A stretch of 50,304 nt of DNA from a virus (IMGVR_UViG_3300024999_000035:128001-178304); one strand, 5' to 3'. Positions 26,899 to 37,924 are shown, counted from the first letter of the stretch. Notes: a model not told the origin generated them from the sequence alone. Made by a program: numbers and translations.

Positions 26899-28284
26899 AT
26901 GAAAAAAGTATTTTTAGAAGAATTGCCAAAGAAAATGGGTTTTGGTGCTAACATAAATAAAGAATGTATAGATTGGAATAAAAGTATTGGATATAGTGTT
27001 AAGTTTATATATGATGATATTGAGGGAGAGGCAGAAATAATTAATCAATATAAAAAATCAGGTCAGAATTATTTAGAGGTTAAATACAATGATAGAATTG
27101 TACATATAAATGCATATGCGTTTTCAACATGTGCAATAGGAAATTTGCTAAGTAAGGTTGTAACAGATTATAGACATAATATTGGTGATATAATTAATCT
27201 AAAATTTAGTGATATACAGATATTAGAACATATTAAAATATCTAATACGACAAATAATGTAAAAGGTTATACATATAAATGTTTAAAATGTGGAAACGAA
27301 GACAAACTACGTGAAAATGATTTAAATAATGGTAAGGGTTGTAATGTATGCTGTGTTCCTTCAAAAAAGATTTTAATTGGATATAACGACTTATGGGCAA
27401 CCCATCCCAATATAGCAAAACTACTTAAAAATCCACAAGAAGGTTATGAAATGACTCAAGGAAGTGATAAGTATAAAATATATGTTTGCCCAGATTGTGG
27501 ATATGAAAAGTCTTATGTTCCTCATAATTTAATTGTTTTTGGATTTAGTTGTCCAAGATGCGGAGATAAGATATCTTTTGGCAACAAGGTTGGATTTAGT
27601 TTATTAGAGCAGTTAGGGGTTGATTTTATACCTGAATACAATTTTCATGATTATAGATTTGATTTTTATTTTGAATTTAACAATGTAAAATATGATTTAG
27701 AAATGGATGGTCGTCTTGGACATGGGAATTATAATACATTGAATAATATGTCAGCAGAAGAAACAAAAGAAAAAGATGAAATAAGAGATTGTTTTTCTAA
27801 TGAACATGGGATAGAAGTAATAAGAATTGATTGTTTGAAAAGTAATTTAAATTACATAAAAGAAAATATTATGAATAGTAAATTAAATGATTTGTTTGAT
27901 TTATCTATTATAGATTGGGGTAAATGCGAGGAATATATTGATAAAGTTTCAATTAAAACTGCTTGTGATCATTGGAATAGTGGCATAAAAAGCAGTCCAA
28001 AGATTGCTAAAGTAATGGGGTTATCTAATACTACAGTTGTTTCGTATCTTAATAGAGGTGTAGAGTTAGAACTTTGTGATTATAATAAAAACAAAAGAAA
28101 GATAATCCAACTATCCAAAGATAATGAATTCATAAAAGAATGGAATGGTATTGCTGAAACAGAAAGAGAATTGAATATTAATAATATTAGTTATTGTTGT
28201 TGGAAACATAATAATGATAAAACGGCAGGAGGATTCAAATGGATGTATAAGGAAGATTATGAAGCAACATTATTAACTACATAA
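26899..28284 (+). CDS. Putative homing endonuclease (zinc-ribbon + DUF559/PD-(D/E)xK-like + NUMOD1-like)
   Basis: CxxC pairs, NDLWATHP, YRFDFY....LEMDG, and C-terminal QLSKDNEFIKEW..TAGGFKW. Confidence 0.75.
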   Translation: MKKVFLEELPKKMGFGANINKECIDWNKSIGYSVKFIYDDIEGEAEIINQYKKSGQNYLEVKYNDRIVHINAYAFSTCAIGNLLSKVVTDYRHNIGDIINLKFSDIQILEHIKISNTTNNVKGYTYKCLKCGNEDKLRENDLNNGKGCNVCCVPSKKILIGYNDLWATHPNIAKLLKNPQEGYEMTQGSDKYKIYVCPDCGYEKSYVPHNLIVFGFSCPRCGDKISFGNKVGFSLLEQLGVDFIPEYNFHDYRFDFYFEFNNVKYDLEMDGRLGHGNYNTLNNMSAEETKEKDEIRDCFSNEHGIEVIRIDCLKSNLNYIKENIMNSKLNDLFDLSIIDWGKCEEYIDKVSIKTACDHWNSGIKSSPKIAKVMGLSNTTVVSYLNRGVELELCDYNKNKRKIIQLSKDNEFIKEWNGIAETERELNINNISYCCWKHNNDKTAGGFKWMYKEDYEATLLTT

Positions 28285-28312
28285 TACTTAAACACAAAAA
28301 TAAAATTAATAC

Positions 28313-28341
28313 TTGACACAGAAATCAATCCATGCTATAAT
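28313..28341 (+). promoter_or_regulatory. SigA promoter
   Basis: TTGACA-N17-TATAAT with TG extension. Confidence 0.85.
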
Positions 28342-28450
28342 TATCACATAGGCAAGTGGCGGTATATTTTACATATTCAACCAACATAAAAACCACCAAC
28401 CTACCCCTTGCCCAAAAATCCAATAAATAAAATATAATAATAGAAAGGAG

Positions 28451-28705
28451 GTGAAACAAGTGAGCATACTAACCGTTAATCAACTAACAAAACTCAAACA
28501 ACTAATATTATCCCAAGACCTAGAAGATGAAGAAAACCCTAATAAATGCATGGAATGTAAAGAAAATGATCCAACATACTGTGAATTCTCTGATATATGT
28601 GATAAATATGGTTATATTTCGGTTAATACAGAGAAGGGAAATATATTAGAGGATTTATTTGATACTATTGAGTATTTGGATAAGTTACTTAGAGAAGGAA
28701 GGTAA
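28451..28705 (+). CDS. Small Cys-containing hypothetical protein
   Basis: ORF track; AAGGAGGTG SD suggests the start is GTG 28460. Confidence 0.7.
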   Translation: MKQVSILTVNQLTKLKQLILSQDLEDEENPNKCMECKENDPTYCEFSDICDKYGYISVNTEKGNILEDLFDTIEYLDKLLREGR

Positions 28706-28748
28706 ATTAATAACATAAAATTAATAATGTAAAGTAATAAATAATTAT

Positions 28749-28777
28749 TTGACATGTTGTGAAAATAATGTTATAAT
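28749..28777 (+). promoter_or_regulatory. SigA promoter
   Basis: TTGACA-N17-TATAAT with TG extension. Confidence 0.85.
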
Positions 28778-28804
28778 AATTAAGTGGAAAAGGAGGTGAG
28801 ATTA

Positions 28805-28978
28805 ATGGATGTAGGTTTTCATATTGAGTGTAAAAATTGTCATAGTAATAATACTTCTATAAATCATACCGAGAAATTTAATATGTGGTATGATGATAGT
28901 TACACAGAACATTGGGTTCATTTAGTTTGTGAAGAATGTGATAATAAGAAGTTAATGTATAGTTATAATACATATTGA
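28805..28978 (+). CDS. Small zinc-ribbon protein
   Basis: AAGGAGGTG SD; CKNC...CEEC. Confidence 0.75.
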   Translation: MDVGFHIECKNCHSNNTSINHTEKFNMWYDDSYTEHWVHLVCEECDNKKLMYSYNTY

Positions 28979-29018
28979 GTTTTATAAATATTAAAATAAT
29001 ATAAAGAGGTAAATAAAA

Positions 29019-29348
29019 ATGTTTTATAAAAATTACAAAAATCTAGAAACTCTTCCAGAAGTAAAAGAACTAATAAAAGTGTTTAAAAGTAAAGGATATG
29101 AATTATGGGATTGTAGTAGCAATGGTCTGAGAATGCAAAAATATTTTACAGAAATTCATTTAATTCCAGAGGATAATCGATTAAGATTTCTTATTCATGA
29201 CGATGGAATGGGAGAAGAGAGTACAAATATCGCATGGAATATAGGTAAAGATATTATATTGAAATATGGATATAAGCAGGGAGTTAATATTTTGGATAGT
29301 AATAATGGATTTATTGAGCATGAAAGTGAGTTTTATAAAAATTTATAA
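29019..29348 (+). CDS. Hypothetical protein (109 aa)
   Basis: ORF track; AGAGGT SD. Confidence 0.75.
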   Translation: MFYKNYKNLETLPEVKELIKVFKSKGYELWDCSSNGLRMQKYFTEIHLIPEDNRLRFLIHDDGMGEESTNIAWNIGKDIILKYGYKQGVNILDSNNGFIEHESEFYKNL

Positions 29349-29383
29349 TAGTTATATATTGATACAAAGGAGGTGAAAAAGAA

Positions 29384-29773
29384 ATTTATAAATACACAGG
29401 CACATATTTCATTTATCATACCTTAAATACAGACAATACAAAATCTAAAAACAAAGATGACAATTATCTGAAAGGCCACTACAATACAGAAATTTATCGC
29501 CACGATTCATCCACTCTCTCAATATATTTTCCAACTGGATCAAGTTCCAAATCTTTTATGTCAAAGTGTGAAGAAGAAAATATTAAAGTATGGGAATATA
29601 TTAGTAGCGACACTTGTACTGAGGCGGTACTAAGGTTTAATGAAATTGATATTCATAAAGTACATAAAATCCTGCGCTTTCAGATTAAAGGGAAAAATGA
29701 ACAACTTAAGGAATTGAAACTTCGACAAAAGAAAGAAAAAGAGAAACAAAAGTTAAAAGAAGAATCTTTATAA
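29384..29773 (+). CDS. Hypothetical protein with probable ATT start (129 aa)
   Basis: The frame of ORF 29558..29773 is open back to 29363; a perfect AAGGAGGTG SD lies 8 nt before ATT 29384. Confidence 0.65.
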   Translation: MYKYTGTYFIYHTLNTDNTKSKNKDDNYLKGHYNTEIYRHDSSTLSIYFPTGSSSKSFMSKCEEENIKVWEYISSDTCTEAVLRFNEIDIHKVHKILRFQIKGKNEQLKELKLRQKKEKEKQKLKEESL

Positions 29774-30069
29774 TCAAAAAATAATATATAATGTAATTAT
29801 AAAATTAAAGATTATTGCCTTCTAAGCGTCTAAAAAATCTATTTGACACAATCTTACCTATGTCAATTTTGCGAGGCGAATAGACCTGATTTTAAGTCAC
29901 ATAATTGAGGTAAGATAATCCCTGTATCCCTTGTGACAGTAGGGTTTAGAGACTTTATTGTAATTATTACAAATAACACCTAAAATCAGTATATTGACTA
30001 CAAGTTAAAAATATAAAAACTACATATGGTACAAATAAAAATATAATGAAATAGAAAGAGGTAAATAAA

Positions 30070-30462
30070 ATGAGAAAATATCATTTCCAAGGTAAACTTA
30101 CTATCTCAGACATTCCATCAATAAATAATAGAATTAATTATATTATCACATCTTCTTCTGATAATTCTGGAACATCCTTAACCAATATTTTAGATAATAT
30201 TTTCAACGGAAGAAATATTAATAATAAATTAGTAAGAGTTTTAGGTAGAGCAAATAATGTTGAATTCAATGGTATGGGTAATTTACATATGTGTAGAGAT
30301 AAATCACATAAAGTTGAAGGATATTGTATCGGCTCTATGCAATTAGAGAATTGGTTATTTAAGAATGTAGATAATTTTTGTGAATTAGTGATTGAAGATT
30401 ATACTAGCTTTGAAATTGCGGAGGAATTAATGAGTAATGACAAAGCAAAAAGTATTTCATAA
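30070..30462 (+). CDS. Hypothetical protein (130 aa)
   Basis: ORF track; AGAGGT SD. Confidence 0.75.
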   Translation: MRKYHFQGKLTISDIPSINNRINYIITSSSDNSGTSLTNILDNIFNGRNINNKLVRVLGRANNVEFNGMGNLHMCRDKSHKVEGYCIGSMQLENWLFKNVDNFCELVIEDYTSFEIAEELMSNDKAKSIS

Positions 30463-30631
30463 GGAGGTAGAGGATGATTTAGATTATATTTCTGAAAATT
30501 GCACGATATGTAAAGAAGAATTGATTAGAGTTGAAGATATTTTTATTGGAAAAAAAGATGATCTAATTTATTGTTCAGATTGTAAGGATTATCATAGGAT
30601 TGATGTTGTAGAGTGTAGGGATATTACATAA
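30437..30631 (+). CDS. Small zinc-binding protein
   Basis: CTIC...CSDC; GAGG SD. Confidence 0.7.
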   Translation: MTKQKVFHKEVEDDLDYISENCTICKEELIRVEDIFIGKKDDLIYCSDCKDYHRIDVVECRDIT

Positions 30632-30738
30632 ACAATTACAATAGAAGGTGAGTTTTAACGTGTTTTAGAAAACCAACCAACGTTGCTAAATGGCGATATA
30701 ATACGTTGGTTGGAAATAATAAATAGGAGGAATAATTA

Positions 30739-31167
30739 ATGCTTTTATGTTTGAATTGCTATAAGATTTACAATCAGAAAACAATAAAGAACAATATGTG
30801 TAAGGTTAAAGAGTGCTATGGAGATGTAGTAGAAGTTGATGAATTATTTGTACCTGTAATTGCAGAGTTGAATAGAAAAGGATATAGGACAAGGTACTGC
30901 TGTAGTTCTCACTATACCAAGGATTCAATACAAAGTTACATTATGTTTGAAGATTTTATAGAGTTACCTTCTTTGCCAAAAGGATATAATTATGATGTTG
31001 GTTGGACAGAAAGAAATGGCAATACACATATCGAAAGTTATCTTGATAAAAATAAAAGTTTTAATGAATTGAGTAAAGATATATTTAATAATGCGGTTAG
31101 TGCATTGGAATGGGTAGAGGGTTTGGAAGAGTTTAAAGAAGTAGGAGGAGTAAATAATATTGGCTAG
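30739..31167 (+). CDS. Hypothetical Cys-rich protein (142 aa)
   Basis: AGGAGG SD; VDE...P.I..LN.KGY.T.YCCS.H motif. Confidence 0.8.
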   Translation: MLLCLNCYKIYNQKTIKNNMCKVKECYGDVVEVDELFVPVIAELNRKGYRTRYCCSSHYTKDSIQSYIMFEDFIELPSLPKGYNYDVGWTERNGNTHIESYLDKNKSFNELSKDIFNNAVSALEWVEGLEEFKEVGGVNNIG

Positions 31168-32851
31168 AATAAATATAATATATAAAAAAGTATTTTTAGA
31201 TAATTTACCTAAATGTGAAAATAAAAGTAATTGTATAGACTGGAAGAATAGCGTAGGATATAAAGTTAAGTTTATTTATAATACAAATGATGATTCTATT
31301 GAAGATGAAATTGAAATTATAGGATATAAAGATAGTGAAAACGAAAAAAGTAGAAATAAACGATTAACAATAAAATATAAAGACAATATTAAGGAAATGG
31401 CTCCAGGTCAGTTTACTAGATGCGAAATAGGTGTATTGCTAAATAAAGTTAGTCACGATAATCTATATCCTATAGGTACAATAATAAAAGATGTTAATTC
31501 CGGTGTATTAGAAATAAAAGAACATCTAAAAATAGGCAAAAAGAAATGTAAGGCTTATAAATATATTTGTAAAATTTGCGGAAATGAAGATATTGTTTCT
31601 GAAAGTAATTTAATTAATAATAAAGTAGGTTGTAATTTTTGTGCAGGCAAAAAAGTTTTAAAAGGAAGGAATGATATATGGACTACACATCCATATATTG
31701 CAAAGTTTTTAAAAAATCCTGACGAAGGTTATGAAATAAGTCATGGGTGTAATAAGAAAAAATATTTTAAATGTCCACACTGTGGAAGTGAAAGAAAGGC
31801 AACAATAAATGATATTACAAGTGATGGGTTTTCTTGTATAGTTTGTGGTGATGGAGTATCTTTTCCAGAAAAGTTTGTGAGCGAATTATTAAAACAAATA
31901 CAAATATTATTCGAAAGAGAAAAAATATTTGAATGGGCAAAAGATAAAAGATATGATTTTTATATACCATTCTCGAATTACATTATAGAAACACACGGTA
32001 AACAACATTATGACAATGGTTTTAATAACATAAGAAGTAAATTACATGGTTCAAGAGATGAATCAGAAAATGATAAAGAAAAAGAAACTTTAGCCATGAA
32101 TAACGGAATTATATATTACATAGGTCTTGATTGTAGGGAATCAAATTTAGAATTTATTAAAAATAGTATTATAAATAGTGAATTGATTAATCTATTTGAT
32201 TTATCAAGTATTGATTGGAATAAATGTGCAGAATTTGCATCAAGTAATTATGTAAAAGAAGTATGTAATTTATGGAATAATACATCAAATACATTGATAG
32301 ATATTGCAAATATTTATAAAATTCACAAAGCATCCGTGAGATCATATTTAAAACAAGGTGCTAAATTAGGATGGTGTGACTATGACCCAAAAACAAATAA
32401 TAGAGATATTAGGTCTATAAAAGTGATTTGTTTAAATGATAAAAACATATACCATTCTATGTGTGAAGCATCCAGAAATTATAAAACTAGTGAATCTACT
32501 ATTAGTTTATTTTGTAGTGGTAAGGTTATATGTAATGACGAAATATTAAACAATACATATTTACAATGGCAATTTTATGAGGATTATTTAATTAATCCAA
32601 AGGAGCTATTGTCTATGGAAGAAATTGATATAATTAAAGATAATAATATTTATACAAGAAAAATGGTTTGTTTAAATAATCAACAGATATTTAATTCATT
32701 AAAAGAGGCTACTAAATGGGCTAACTTGAAAAATAGTTCTGGAATTATTGGATGTATAAATGGTAAAACAAAATATTCAGGTAAACACCCTGTCACAAAT
32801 GAACCACTTAAATGGATGTATCATGATGAATATGTTAAAAATAATAAATAA
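31160..32851 (+). CDS. Putative homing endonuclease, paralog of 26899-28284
   Basis: Shared KKVFL..LPK, IDW..S.GY, NDIWTTHP and RYDFY...IETHG.QHY; two NUMOD1-like repeats. Confidence 0.75.
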   Translation: MARINIIYKKVFLDNLPKCENKSNCIDWKNSVGYKVKFIYNTNDDSIEDEIEIIGYKDSENEKSRNKRLTIKYKDNIKEMAPGQFTRCEIGVLLNKVSHDNLYPIGTIIKDVNSGVLEIKEHLKIGKKKCKAYKYICKICGNEDIVSESNLINNKVGCNFCAGKKVLKGRNDIWTTHPYIAKFLKNPDEGYEISHGCNKKKYFKCPHCGSERKATINDITSDGFSCIVCGDGVSFPEKFVSELLKQIQILFEREKIFEWAKDKRYDFYIPFSNYIIETHGKQHYDNGFNNIRSKLHGSRDESENDKEKETLAMNNGIIYYIGLDCRESNLEFIKNSIINSELINLFDLSSIDWNKCAEFASSNYVKEVCNLWNNTSNTLIDIANIYKIHKASVRSYLKQGAKLGWCDYDPKTNNRDIRSIKVICLNDKNIYHSMCEASRNYKTSESTISLFCSGKVICNDEILNNTYLQWQFYEDYLINPKELLSMEEIDIIKDNNIYTRKMVCLNNQQIFNSLKEATKWANLKNSSGIIGCINGKTKYSGKHPVTNEPLKWMYHDEYVKNNK

Positions 32852-32873
32852 ATGATAGAGGAGGAATAAATAC

Positions 32874-35648
32874 TTGAAAAAAGAATCAAGCTATATCATG
32901 AATCTAGAAGCTTGTTACATATACAAAGATACATTAGATAATAAGAAAATTACATGTAAAGGCAGAGATTTAGCAAAACTATTCTCTGCCACTAACCCCT
33001 ATAGTTTAGAAACAATTAGAATGGACAAAATGTTTAAAGATACTTTTTATATTGTGAATAGAAAACAATATACTAAAAAAATAATTAATGTAACATTTGA
33101 TAAAAATTATACATTTTGGGATACTGAAAAAGAGTGGCAAGATAAGGAAGGAGAAATTAAAAAAGGAAAGAGAATAACCATTGCTAATAGGAAAAAAATT
33201 AGAAAATATTTATATACCAATGGATTTGTTGTTGATGGAGTAAAATATATTTTTTATAAAAGAGGTTCTGGAAAAGCTAAAAATGGGTACGCTTTATTTA
33301 TTCAAGATAAAATGAAAGATAAATTATTAAAAAGAAGTAGATTAGGATTAAAATTTGAACTAGATGAGGAACTGGATTTAACATCTTTATTAGCTTATGA
33401 ATCATTAATTTCTTCAGGACTGGAATCTATTATTGAATTAGATCCAAAGACAGAAATATTATTAATCAATGACATTTATGGATTGGAATTTGAAAGTTTG
33501 GCAAGTGTAACAAGAGAAGAAAATAAGAATATAACCACTAAAAACGAAGTAATCAAACTTAAAAATTGCTTAACTGATGGTCAGGGGTTATTAGATGAGT
33601 CTGTGTTTAAAACTTATGAAAAAGAAGATAAAGGTTTTATGTTACTAAGAAGTGATATGTTTAAATGTTGTGCTTTCAATACAAAACTTCAAGAATGGTT
33701 TAAAGATAGGGAAATTATAACTTTGAAAGATATGTTCGGGAATATATATCAAGCAGATAAAATAAAATTAGTAACCACCCCCAATTCATTAAAATTTCTT
33801 AAGTTCTCTTACAAATTCACTAAATCAGAATCATTAGATGAATTTAATAAATTAAATAAAGAAGAAAAATTTAAATATAACAAAAAGTGTTATAAACACT
33901 GGCAAGATAATATTGATAACATATTTGGTGTAGTAAAATACGATAAAATAGGAAATTATGGTAATTACAATAGAACAACGTATCAACTTTTAAATAGTAT
34001 TCCTAATTTAAATTATGAAGAATTAATGGAAATAACTAAGTTAGAAAGAGAATATGTTATGCTTTTGAAAAATGATGATGCTGTATTTAGAAATTATTTA
34101 TGTTCTGATGCAGAATTAGATTTAAAGTTTAAAAAATCATTAGATAGTGAAGAAGATATGGCTTCTTATGAAAACATAGATTTAATAAATGCTTTATTGA
34201 TGGTTAATTCAGATATACAATACACTACAAAATTTAAAATGATGAAGACTAAATTAATTATTAATTATATAGAACATTTAAAACAAGGTAAGATAAGAAT
34301 TAAAGATACAAAATATGTAACTTTAATATCTAACCCTTATGAGATGCTATTGGCTACAATTGGTGAATACAAAAACAAATCTATAATGAAAGGAAGAGAA
34401 GTTTATTGTAAATATTATGATGATGGACAAGAATTTTGTGCAACACGTAATCCGCACATCAATGCCGGAAATGTCATGTATACAAAAAATAAATATCATA
34501 ATAAATATGACGAATGGTTTAATTTCACTGATAATATATGTGCAATAAATTTCTTTGATAATGATGCTCCAGATAGACTACAGGGTTGTGACACTGATTC
34601 CGACACATTATTACTTATTTCGACAAATATTTTATCAGATAAAGCAAAATATTGTGAAGAAAATTTTGCTACTCCTATAAATAGAATTGAAGGGAGTTCG
34701 AAACCAAGAAAAAATAATATGATAGAAATACAAAAATTAGATGTTATTCTAAGTGAAAATTACATAGGTAAAATTGTAAATATGAGTCAAATAGATAATT
34801 CTTATCTTAATGATGCAATTTCAAAAGGAGAATCAAAAGAAACTATTGATGAACTTTATCAAGCCAGTAGTAGATTATCTAGTATGAGTCAAATTGAAAT
34901 TGATAAAAGCAAAAAAGTTTTTGATAATATAAGTATGAGTAAGGAATTAAATAAAATAAGACAAATACCATATATAAGGTATGCAGAAGGAGATAATAAA
35001 TTTGGTAATTCTGTTAAGAAAATGGTAGTTCCTAGTTTTTTTAGTATGATTTCTGATTTTAATGAGTATAGAATATTCGAAAAATTTAATACTCCTTTAG
35101 ATATATTACAAGACATTTTAATATTTGAAGGAGGGAAAAGATTAAAAGGAGATAAAAATATAGAATTCATAGATTTATTAATCCAACCAAAAGAATTAGA
35201 TGGTAAGTTCTCAGTTAATAGCGTTGATGCTATTTACAATGTAATATCAAAATGTGGTAAAAAGATAAATGGATTAAAATTAAAAACATGTACATTGAAT
35301 GAAAAAGCAAAAAAAACAGTTGAAAGGAAAACTAAACAAGATGCAATAAAAAAATTAAAAAAACTTGAACCAAATATTTCTACAATATTATTTGTTTTAA
35401 GGCAATGTTTTGGAACGTCAGATAATGATAGTTTAGGATTTAAAAAATATAGTATCTTAACCTTAAATTTATTATTTGTCACAAAAAAAATTGAAGTATT
35501 AAAGTGTTTTCAAAATAAAAATGAATGTAACGATGATGAATTTTTAATTAAAATTAAAGAAAATTATGATTATAATATTTTTGGAAACAAATATCAGAAG
35601 GTTACAAATAAGGAGTTATATCAAGGTTTTGGTGGAAATATAAAATAA
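32874..35648 (+). CDS. yonO: YonO-like single-subunit (two-barrel) DNA-dependent RNA polymerase
   Basis: 924 aa; TDGQG, RNPH and catalytic LQGCDTDSD loop, QIEIDKSKK; SPbeta-like gene order downstream. Confidence 0.85.
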   Translation: MKKESSYIMNLEACYIYKDTLDNKKITCKGRDLAKLFSATNPYSLETIRMDKMFKDTFYIVNRKQYTKKIINVTFDKNYTFWDTEKEWQDKEGEIKKGKRITIANRKKIRKYLYTNGFVVDGVKYIFYKRGSGKAKNGYALFIQDKMKDKLLKRSRLGLKFELDEELDLTSLLAYESLISSGLESIIELDPKTEILLINDIYGLEFESLASVTREENKNITTKNEVIKLKNCLTDGQGLLDESVFKTYEKEDKGFMLLRSDMFKCCAFNTKLQEWFKDREIITLKDMFGNIYQADKIKLVTTPNSLKFLKFSYKFTKSESLDEFNKLNKEEKFKYNKKCYKHWQDNIDNIFGVVKYDKIGNYGNYNRTTYQLLNSIPNLNYEELMEITKLEREYVMLLKNDDAVFRNYLCSDAELDLKFKKSLDSEEDMASYENIDLINALLMVNSDIQYTTKFKMMKTKLIINYIEHLKQGKIRIKDTKYVTLISNPYEMLLATIGEYKNKSIMKGREVYCKYYDDGQEFCATRNPHINAGNVMYTKNKYHNKYDEWFNFTDNICAINFFDNDAPDRLQGCDTDSDTLLLISTNILSDKAKYCEENFATPINRIEGSSKPRKNNMIEIQKLDVILSENYIGKIVNMSQIDNSYLNDAISKGESKETIDELYQASSRLSSMSQIEIDKSKKVFDNISMSKELNKIRQIPYIRYAEGDNKFGNSVKKMVVPSFFSMISDFNEYRIFEKFNTPLDILQDILIFEGGKRLKGDKNIEFIDLLIQPKELDGKFSVNSVDAIYNVISKCGKKINGLKLKTCTLNEKAKKTVERKTKQDAIKKLKKLEPNISTILFVLRQCFGTSDNDSLGFKKYSILTLNLLFVTKKIEVLKCFQNKNECNDDEFLIKIKENYDYNIFGNKYQKVTNKELYQGFGGNIK

Positions 35649-35729
35649 GACACTCTTGAAACCCTACTGTAGCAAGGGTTTCAGAAAACAGTTAAATTGC
35701 TGTATATGGTATATAAACAAATATACTAC

Positions 35730-36222
35730 ATAAGCGTTTGGTCGATGACGCTAAAACAAAAAGAAAAATCAAATAGCATTAAGTTATTAAAAAAATAACC
35801 AAAAAAACAATTCCCTCCTTTCCTTATTAACGAATCATACACAATTGGTTATGTTAGTAGAAAACTTTGCTTAAAATTATCTATCGAGTTTTGCCAATAG
35901 GATTTGAAGATAATTTGGCATGTATTATCGAAGTTTCGCTGAAAGATGCACTAAAGGGTTATAGATAATGCAAATCTCAACTAGATCAACGTCGAATATG
36001 AGTAGTCTTTGGTCGGACGAAAGTAATGAGACAAATATGCTGTTAGTATAATGAATTAAATTCCTCTAAACGAGGCTTATACTAGACCACAGCGTATTCT
36101 GAACTAAATAGAGGGAAAGAGTAGATAGGCAGATGCCGACAATTTAAGTCTACTCTCCCTACTAAAATTGCTATTAAACTGTATTGGTCGATTGCAGTTT
36201 ATATATAAAATGTCTCATTAAC
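35730..36222 (+). ncRNA. Candidate structured RNA downstream of the RNAP gene
   Basis: TAATGAGACA/TGTCTCATTA closes three sub-hairpins (36025-36220); TTGGTCG occurs three times. Confidence 0.5.
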
Positions 36223-36263
36223 AACAAAAACTCCAAACTAAAAGGAGCATCAAACAACAAACA

Positions 36264-36545
36264 TTGGAAAGAATCTCAAAAAATGATATGACATACTTAA
36301 TAATTCGCAACATCTTGCGACAAGTACATGGAAACTATGGAGACAATCTAGTAGTAATAGGAAAATTTAGTAGTGGTAGACGTAAACAACGCTACATTAC
36401 TGATCCATACTATAATTATCTACTCAGATTAAAGCAAAATGATAAAAATAAACAGACTATTGATGATATAAAAGAAAATCAGAGATATTTGTTTATAGGT
36501 AGTATGGATAGTGGTAGCACTAGTAATAGTGAACGTGTCTTATGA
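36264..36545 (+). CDS. Hypothetical protein (93 aa)
   Basis: ORF track; AAAGGAG upstream. Confidence 0.7.
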   Translation: MERISKNDMTYLIIRNILRQVHGNYGDNLVVIGKFSSGRRKQRYITDPYYNYLLRLKQNDKNKQTIDDIKENQRYLFIGSMDSGSTSNSERVL

Positions 36546-36586
36546 TACTAAGTAATAAAATAAATAATGAATGGTGGTAATTAATA

Positions 36587-37816
36587 TTGCAGAAAAAGTG
36601 TTCTAGTGACACCAATTGCCTGATGCAATATTCAAAAGAAATATTCGAACAATTTGATAAGGTTTATATAGTTGGTTATGTTCTCCGTGAATTAGAGCGA
36701 AATAAACATAGTCAAAATGAAGAAAAGAAATATCTTTCAAGACGAGCATGTAGAGATATCGAAGCAAACAGAGATAAAATAGTTTATTTTGTTAGTGAAA
36801 ATAAATATGATATGCCTGAATGTTTTGATAAGGATATTATTGATAATCGGATAATCTCAAATATTAGAGAATTGCATAGTAAAGATAGTGAAATAATTGC
36901 GTTGAGTAATGATATTCTGTTTAGATTTACTTGTGAGTCTATTGGGATAGTTTGTGAGAAGTTTGAATCCACTTATTCTAGTGATGAAAAATATACTGGA
37001 TATAAAATATTAGAAATGTCAGAATATGAATTAGCTAACTGGTATGAATCAGAAACCAAAGCAAATCTATGGAATCTAAATATCAATGAATATTTACTTC
37101 TTAAAGTTAATGATTCAATTGTAGACAAGCAAAGATGGACACAACAAGGATTTAAAGGAATTGTAAAAAAAGATTTCAAGAGCATGATGTTTGGAAATCT
37201 AAAACCAAAAGATATATATCAAGAACTATGTATTGATAGTTTGCATAATAATCAATTTACTGCTATTACAGGAAAACCAGGAAGTGGAAAAAGTCTTTGT
37301 AGTTTAATGTATATTATGTGGGCATTACAATATCAAAAATATGACACTTGTGTAGTAATGTATAACCCAACAAAAGTACGTGGCGCAGTTGATATGGGAT
37401 TTTATAGTGGCAATTCCATCGAGAAGGGACTTCAAAATTTCATAGGTAATATGCTCATTACTAAATTTGGTGATAAAAGCATTGTAGATAATCTAATTAC
37501 ACAAGATAAAATTAGATTAATACCTATGGCAGATAGTCGTGGAATGGAAATTACTGATAATCAAATTCTATATATAACTGAAGCACAGAATACTACACCT
37601 GATTTAATGAAACTTGCTTTATCAAGATGTAGTAAGGATGCGAAAATCATAATTGAGGGAGATCCTTATCAGCAAGTAGATAAAGTTGAATACGTAGGTA
37701 AAAATAATGGCTTACTTAGAGCAATAGATGTTTTTAAAAATGAGGATATGTTTGGTTGTGTTCATCTTCCAAATGTTTGGAGAAGTAGAATGGCAGACAT
37801 ATCTGATAAGATGTAA
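36587..37816 (+). CDS. phoH: PIN-PhoH protein
   Basis: N-terminal PIN (DTN, V..ELE, D.RI, LSND); GKPGSGKS, RGMEI, EAQN, GDPYQ.D, RS..A. Confidence 0.9.
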   Translation: MQKKCSSDTNCLMQYSKEIFEQFDKVYIVGYVLRELERNKHSQNEEKKYLSRRACRDIEANRDKIVYFVSENKYDMPECFDKDIIDNRIISNIRELHSKDSEIIALSNDILFRFTCESIGIVCEKFESTYSSDEKYTGYKILEMSEYELANWYESETKANLWNLNINEYLLLKVNDSIVDKQRWTQQGFKGIVKKDFKSMMFGNLKPKDIYQELCIDSLHNNQFTAITGKPGSGKSLCSLMYIMWALQYQKYDTCVVMYNPTKVRGAVDMGFYSGNSIEKGLQNFIGNMLITKFGDKSIVDNLITQDKIRLIPMADSRGMEITDNQILYITEAQNTTPDLMKLALSRCSKDAKIIIEGDPYQQVDKVEYVGKNNGLLRAIDVFKNEDMFGCVHLPNVWRSRMADISDKM

Positions 37817-37836
37817 TAAATAATACTTATGTTATT

Positions 37837-37924
37837 TTCCGTACTACCTAATTTGAGTAGATACGCTAGTGGATAAAAGTTTTTCTCCTTGTAGTTAGAG
37901 AGGAAATTAACCTCCTCTCTATTT
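37837..37924 (+). ncRNA. Repeated two-hairpin RNA/DNA element, copy 1
   Basis: 35-nt core 33/35 identical to the copy at 39282, with compensatory changes. Confidence 0.65.
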
